From the human T2T-CHM13v2.0 reference genome, Homo sapiens: a DNA stretch of 64,000 nt. Of the stretch, positions 57,431 to 64,000 are shown piece after piece (position 1 is the stretch's first letter; each line of letters opens with the position of its first letter). The notes below the pieces were generated by a model. The model did no database searches and was not told the DNA's origin. It saw nothing but the letters and a program-made list of their open reading frames with translations. A program made the translations under genes and the position numbers. The stretch lies in NCBI RefSeq assembly GCF_009914755.1, contig NC_060925.1; one strand, given 5' to 3'.

Positions 57431-58859
57431 TCATAAAACCTTGCCTTCACCTGGAAGACAGCTGGAGCCAATAAACCAACCCAACCAACAACAGGGGTGA
57501 ATGGTGCCAACCCCACTGAAAAGGAAAGGCAGAAGCAAGCAGAACCGAGGTGTACCCCATCCCACCATGAGCTTTTCATCCGGTCACTCCTGTCTCCAGG
57601 ACCGAGTCTACTGGTGGGCAGGGTCTGGGAAACCAGACAAGTGGATGAGGACAAAGTTTAAAGGTGGGGACTCTGCACCCTGCAGGCCAGATCGTTTTAG
57701 GAATTTCAGCCAGCCTGGGCTGAAAGTGATGGCTCAGGGGCCTGCATTTGCTGAAGAGTGAGCACCCCGAAGCATGGGGTGTGTTTGATGACAGTTGGGA
57801 ATGAAGATATGAATGCAGGAGTTCAGCACACAGATGAACAGCATCCTTGATTTCTCCGTAAATGGAAAAAAAAATATTCTGAAGCTAAATCTGCATGTAT
57901 GTCACCTTTGATGATGTGCGCCTTGCAGCTGTGGTCCCAATTCTGCTGAAATCTTGGGAGCAAGGCAGGAGGCAGAGTTCAGCTCTGAGAGGTCACTGCG
58001 GGCACTGGTGCTCACAGGGTCACAAGTGGGAGGCTGGAATCCACTTGGGGGAAGGACACCCACCTGCCACCTGCCTCCTCACTCTGGGTGCTCATCCCTG
58101 TGGATGCTGGGGTCCCCTCCTTCTCAGCTCCACCCGTGCTCCCTTCCTGCGGGCCTTAATGGAGCCCCTTAACTCCCTCCGCCCTGGTGTTCCCATCTGC
58201 CAAGTGAGTTTTTATGCCCACGCCGCCATTGGAAGCGTGCACCAGGAAAGCAAAGGGGGCACCAGCCCTCTACATTTTGGTTCAGCTTTTTCACATCTGG
58301 CTGAAAAGCCACAGAGAACTACAAATCATTACTGCATCATTGGCTCTTAATGGGCTGCCATTATTCCACATCAGAAATCTTCCTCACCCATATTAGACAG
58401 AAGAGCAAACTGGAGCTGAGAAGCTGAGAGGCCAGGTTAGGCTCGGGAAGCTGCTGGAGAGCCCTTGGAACTGGCTGACTCCCCGTGCACGGTACTGAGA
58501 ATACGGCCGTTTCCCATAGAGTAGGCTGCATTCCGCTTACCAGGGACGCATAAGTAATCCACACCCGCCAGTCCTAGGACCCAAAGCCCAGGGAGATGAT
58601 CCTGGGCATCCCGAGAAGGGGAAGGTCCCTAACTTGGTAAAGTGAGTTACTGGAGAAACAGGGGAAGAAGTACAGCCTCAGGGTTCAGAAACTCCAAAGA
58701 ATTCCAGATGCGTCCCTCTCCACCCACTTCCCCAGCAGAGACCCAGGAAAAGTTCAGGATCCCCCAAGCCTCCTCTTCCAAACTCAACCCACGGCTCCTC
58801 GCACCCAGACTGGGGTCTGGGGTGGCCTCTCCCTGCCCCCCTCCCTCCCTCCCCCAGCC

Positions 58860-60110
58860 TAGCCGGCTCGGCTCACCTTTGGGCAGTTTGGATGCGTTCT
58901 CCTGGATCCAGGAGAAGAGGTGGGCGAAGTCACAGTCGCACAGCCAGGGGTTCCCGTCCAGACGCAGGGAGCGCAGCGCGGGCAGCGCGGCCAGGGCGGC
59001 CACGCTGAGGCTGCGCAGGTTGTTGTCGTTGAGCTCCAGCACCTGCAGCGACTCCAGGGTCTCGAAGGCGTCCTCGTGCACGCCCACCAGGTTGTTGTTA
59101 GCCAGGCTAAGCTTCACCAGCCTCCCGGCCGAGCGGAAGGCGCCGGCGCCCAGCTGGGTCAAGTTGTTGTAGCTGAGGTCGAGGAACATGAGCTTGGCCG
59201 AGCCGCTGAACGTGCCCTCCTCCAGCGAGCGCAGCGAGTTGTTCCTGAAGTCCAGGTAGACCAGGTCGCCGTAGAAGATGAAGAAGTCCTCGGGGATCCG
59301 CTGGATGCGGTTGCCGGCCACCAGCAGCTTGCGCACGTCCAGGGGGAAAGGGTCTGGCACGCTGGGCAGCCCGCGGTCGCGGCAGTCCACGGTGTGCGGG
59401 TCGGTGCAGGCGCAGCCCGCGGGGCACGCGTGCCCGGGCGCGAGCAGCAGCAGAAGGCTGCAGAGCCCGAGCGCCGCGGCGGCGCAGGCTGGGGCTCGGG
59501 GGCGCATGGCCGGGGGGCCCGCGCCGGCCGCGGCGAGAAGGAAGCGGCTCTCGGAGCGAGCCCTGGCGCGGGACGGCGCGGTGAGGCACTGGCTGCCGGG
59601 CGCTGGGAGCCAGAGGGCGGCCCGGGCGGGGAGGGCGTGCGCCCGGGCGTGCGGGGGCGATGGAGCGCGGCGCGGACGGACTGGGGAGCCGGGACAGCAG
59701 GGATGGAGAGGGGAGGGGCGGGGAGGGAGGGGCGAGGGACTCACCAAAGGGTTTACCCGGACAGGAAATTAACCCGCTAGAAAAATCCCTTGGGAGAGGC
59801 GGGAGCGGCAGGGGTGGCCGAGTGGCCGTCGCGAAAACGCGGCCCCACCCTGGCAGCTGATTTCCGAGATCTGGCAGTAAGACGCCGCGCGCACCGGGCG
59901 GGCTGCACTCGACGTCTAAGTTCAGCTACCAAGCCCAGGAGCGGTTTCCCTAAGGCGTGTCCCGGGCGTGCGCCCTGCCCCCTCGCGCCCGCCTGGTGCC
60001 AAAGCACGCTCCCTGCACGCCACCCTATGTCGCCAAAGGGAGTGGGACCTGGGTCACTCTGACTCTGCTCCGGGGGCAATCCCTGCAGGTTCTCGGGTGC
60101 CGCGCCAGGG
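58860..60110. promoter_or_regulatory. CpG island covering LRRC38 exon 1 and proximal promoter
   Basis: Sharply elevated GC and CpG density relative to CpG-depleted flanks; GC boxes (GGGGCGGGG ~59715-59723); no obvious TATA box. Confidence 0.88.
58877..59507 (-). CDS. LRRC38: LRRC38 coding exon 1 (aa 1-210 + 1 nt): signal peptide, LRRNT, leucine-rich repeats, start of LRRCT
   Basis: ATG at 59507-59505 in gccATGc context. Translation [27 protein letters not shown]|[15 protein letters not shown] has LxxLxLxxNxL repeats and GNPWLCDC, recognised as LRRC38. Donor AAG|gtgagc at 58877/58876; 631 nt. Confidence 0.97.
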
Positions 60111-63100
60111 TCTGCTGGTCTGAATTTGGGCGGGGTTCCAAGGAGAGAGAGTGAGTGACTGGTCTTCCCTCTTCCCTCCCCCACCTGCACTTGAACCATC
60201 TTAGGCTGGAGGGTGAGCGAGGCAAGTGGCTGCCAGGGCCCCCGCTGTGGCCCACAGGGCCAGTCAGCACTTTCCATGCCGGCCCCGAACTTCTGGATGG
60301 AACTGGCATCCATGCAAGGATCAGCTGCTGGTCTGAGAGGTCCAGCTGCTGAGGCTCTGAGGCCTGGAGTCACCAGGCCTGGCTTCCAAGCTGTGTGGCC
60401 TCAGACCAGTACCTCTGCCTCTGTGGACCTGGTAGCTCCATTTGTGAAATGGAAAAAGGTAATATATATCTCACCAGCTTTGGGGGAGGACCAAGAAGTC
60501 AAGAACAAAGTTCAAAAATTATCTTTTCCTCTCTCCCCCTCAAAACCCCACCTTGGATAGCCTAGGGAGGCAGTCAGGAACGTGCCAAGGCTGAGATGAA
60601 AGGACAGTGAGGAAATGCTGATGTCAGCCTCTGACACTGGCAGGAAAATTCCCTCTTCACCACCCCGATGCCAAACTCCTTTCTTTCTGTCCCACCTCAT
60701 TCTAGAAACTTCTGTATGGGGAGGGGTCCCCACAGAGCTACCAAGAGATTGTCCCGCTGTTGGCTATTTTGGTCCAAATGCCCTAGAATTGACAGACTCT
60801 CACTAGACCAAAATAACCCAGGGAACAGCTGTTGGGCAGCAGGCTCCCAGAGACCCTTCCCTGGCCCCTGGCCATGCTGGGGATTGGTGGAGCCTCGGAT
60901 TCTGAAGCCATAAAGCTAAGCCCTCGGCCTTCTTCCAAAGGTACAGGCCAACTTGATGCCTCTGAGCCATGGGATGAAAAAACTGATCCCCTGGGATGGA
61001 GCCAAGGGCTCAACAGATGAGCATATTTGCAGGAGCCCTGGGGAAGAGGCGGGGGAGACCCAGGGGGAAGCTTTGAGGCACCTGGAGTCCTGCAGCTTTT
61101 CCCCTACTTACATTCCAGGCCACTAAGCCAGACCTCCCTCAGTTCTCCGTCTCTGTCTCCACTCTCCCAGGGTGCCCAATTTGCCATTGCCATCCCCAAC
61201 TTCAAGGGCTCAGCTTCCCCACCCCAGTCTCATGCTCTTGAAGAGGCAGGTGCCGGGAGGAGTGGTCTGAATGCTCCCAGAGTGGATGAAAATGCTTCTG
61301 CCTACATAAATGATGTATAAATTATTGAAGAGTCACACAAAGTGCAGGCAGGTGGCAGAATAAACACATCTCCCACCCTTGCAACTCTGCAAAAGCAGCC
61401 TGAACCGAACTGTTGCACTCTGCCAATCTCAGGCTTGGTTCTGCCTGCTCCCTCCTGTACTGAGGGGAACCTATTACTGGTTTGAGCCCTTAGCATCATG
61501 GTTTCATGACACCCGCATTTGGTTGGGCTGCCATCTTGCACGTGCATGCCCGCGTGTCTGTATGTCTGGGTGTGTACACAAGCCCTCCCTGCCAAGTGGT
61601 CTGGTTGGCTGGAGCACTGACCTATATGAATCAAGACCCTGGGTCTGGTCCTGGCCCCACCACTAGCCACAGAATCTTTCACAAGCCACTTGATCTCTCT
61701 GGGGACTTCTTAGCCTGGGACCCCAGATACTATGAAGAGGAGGTCTTTTCAAAATTTAAAAAAGTCTGGTGAAAATTAGGCCTTTATCTTTGAGGAGGTC
61801 TCCCGGATTAAATACTGCAATTCTTGCCAGTGAACTTAATGGTAGCACTAGTCCTTTTGTGCAGAACCGGCATTCATAGGTGACTTTAAGAAAAACAGAG
61901 ATGAATTTCTACTGAATAAATGCAAGTATTTAGTTGACAAGGACTTGCAAAACAGGGGAATGCATGGTACTAAAATATTAAGAGGGGCTCTTGGTAACAA
62001 ACCTGTTGAGAAATACCACTCCTAGCCTTGATTTCCTCATCCTGAAACTAATGAAAAAATACCTTTCTTCTTCCTTTCCACAGACAACGTGAGGGCCGCG
62101 TGGGGAAGTATTTGTATGGGAACATGATTTGAAAGGTCTTTGGAGAAATATTGCCAATAAAAGTGGCCACAAATCTTGCGATGGCAGGAACAATTTGTTT
62201 CCTCGAGTGTCCCCCAAAGTTCCTTGGATCCAAATGTAAGCATTCTTTTCATTAATATCAGCAGAACTAGACATGGTTGGGCTTTGTAGGGAGCAGGGAG
62301 GTATCTCAGATTCCAGAGCTCCCATCCCTTGGGGGAAATACAAGCTTTGCCACCTCTAAATTTTTCCCCCAACAAATAAAACAGAGCCATGACCTCAGCA
62401 AGGTCACAATATGAGTCAGTGATAGGCGCTAGAAATAGAACACAGGCATTCTGAGTCCCCACCTGCACCATTCACCAATTCACCCACTCACCCCCTCTCC
62501 AGGAAGGGAATCTCTTACCCTTGAGGGCAAACATTGCAGGTGACAAACATTGCAGGTAACAGGGAGGAACGTTGAGAGATTCCACTTGTCAGCTCTGTCT
62601 CCGTATGTATTCTCAGAGTCTGCACACTTTGTAATTCCTATTCAAAAGGCTCAAAGCAGGAGCGTGGCAAATACCCAAGGTATCCCTATGATTTAAACAC
62701 CTGACGTCATGCCTTCCCCACCCCCCACCCCCAGCGGAATCCTCACTCCTCCCTGTGTTCTCCGAACTACAGAGCACGTCATGTCTCACTCTCCATCCCT
62801 GTCCAATTTCCCATGAGGTTGGGCCTTGGGAAGCTATGTGCAAGGCGGTCCCCAGGGAACCCACCACGCGATGCCAGGTTGCTGTAAGCAAGAAAAATTC
62901 AATAAGAAGAATATCCCCCTTTGTTCACCAGACTGACATCTAAATTAGCCAAAATCCTATGCCTTAAGTCGTAAACAAGATGCTGCCAGTATTTTATGTG
63001 CAGAAGTTGAATTTAGGTGCAAATGCTAGGTTTGAATAAGAGTATGGCTGGTGTCTGGTGATGTCATTTGCGTTACTGGCGTATTTCACCTCTGATCAGC

Positions 63101-63489
63101 ACCTGACTGGCCTGGCCAGGGAGCGTGAGGACATCTCATGGGCCCCAGGAAAGGAGACACTCTCTAGCCTTTTACTTGGGGCAGCCTGCCTCGATGGAAC
63201 AGGCTCCCTGCTCCACAGACACAATTGCGACTTTGTCACCAGCCCGTTAACTGGCTGCAACAGCAGCTCCATGTTCCCGTCCCACGGCCGCTGCCCTTTT
63301 TAGCTACCACCGCTAGGGAGCACCACCTGCGGCTCGCACTGCTCAAAACTGAGCGCTTCTCTCAACGCAGTTTACTCTCTGGAGCAAGGCTGGACCCCAC
63401 GTTTTAGAAGAAAAACTCCCGCCCCTAGTTTTGCCTCTGGAAGCAGGAAATGAATCTTTCACCAGCCTAAATGGGAGCCAGGGTGGTGG

Positions 63490-63690
63490 TAGCCGTTGGG
63501 AATGTGGGTTTGAAGTTAAACAGATCTTGGGCAAGTTGTTTAACTTTTCTAAGCCTCAGTTTTCCCATCTAGGAAATGGGATAATAGTAATGTCTATTTC
63601 ACGGGGTTGTTACGAGGATGAAATGAGGTGTCTGTTGAGGGCTTAGCAGTGAGACCTACACGTAGTGGAAACACAATACATGGTAACTGC
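63490..63690. mobile_element. MIR
   Basis: cttgggcaagttgtttaacttttctaagcctcagttttcccatct..aaatggggataatagta...gggttgttacgaggatgaaatgag. Confidence 0.8.
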
Positions 63691-64000
63691 ATGATGATCT
63701 ATTTCTCTCTCTTTCCACATGGAGCAAATAAAGGTTTCGTGTAGACAGATATTCCTCAGATAAAGAGCTGACGTGTTTGTTTCTCTGGAATATACTGACT
63801 AGTGATGCCCTAACATTCTAGGGTCAGCTGTAGTAACTCTCCCTGCCCTGAACCACTCCCTTCTCCACATGTAGCCCATCTGAGACAGACACAGACACAC
63901 ATACCCCTGAGCCCTCTCCAGCTCTGGTTGACTTTGTGATCACAGTTATGGGGGCGCGGCTTCCCTCCCTCTGGCCCGCTGGCTTGGTTGGTCTGAGCGT

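Noticed and set aside
58647-58876. Read-through into the intron giving a 286-aa TM-less protein
   Set aside because: The donor is strong, the product would lack the last LRRCT cysteines, and I saw no nearby intronic AATAAA.
59422-59435. 14-bp palindrome GGGCACGCGTGCCC
   Set aside because: It lies in GC-rich coding sequence, where such palindromes arise readily.
59508-59747. 80-codon in-frame extension upstream of the LRRC38 ATG (366-aa ORF)
   Set aside because: It starts at TTG. Stops are naturally rare in this GC-rich island, and the extension would bury the signal peptide.
58920-59780. 286-aa + strand ORF and other long ORFs over exon 1
   Set aside because: Antisense and alternate-frame shadows of GC-rich coding sequence, with no recognisable domain.

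Overview
Primate (human-like) genomic DNA containing the complete two-exon gene LRRC38 (BK/Slo1 channel auxiliary gamma-4 subunit) on the minus strand. Exon 1 CDS 59507-58877 (in a CpG island), a 36,868-nt phase-1 GT-AG intron and exon 2 CDS 22008-21755 join into 885 nt = 294 aa + TGA (signal peptide, LRRNT, LRRs, LRRCT, one TM helix, short acidic tail). The rest is intron and about 21 kb of downstream sequence, dense in retroelements: roughly 50 Alus, MaLR LTRs (MLT1, THE1), MLT2, a MER4-type LTR, old L1/L2/MIR, and DNA transposons (MER20, Tigger4, MER5). Nearly all other ORFs in the track are repeat-derived or GC-shadow artefacts. I found no convincing novel multi-gene system. The best leads are a possible ectodomain-less 74-aa TM microprotein isoform, 3'-end formation coupled to an MLT1A LTR, a ~90%-identical inverted duplication in the intron, an upstream CRE/AP-1/NR5A motif cluster within a ~10-kb Alu-free domain, and two apparently non-reference residues. 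Repeat boundaries and subfamily calls were made by eye and are approximate.
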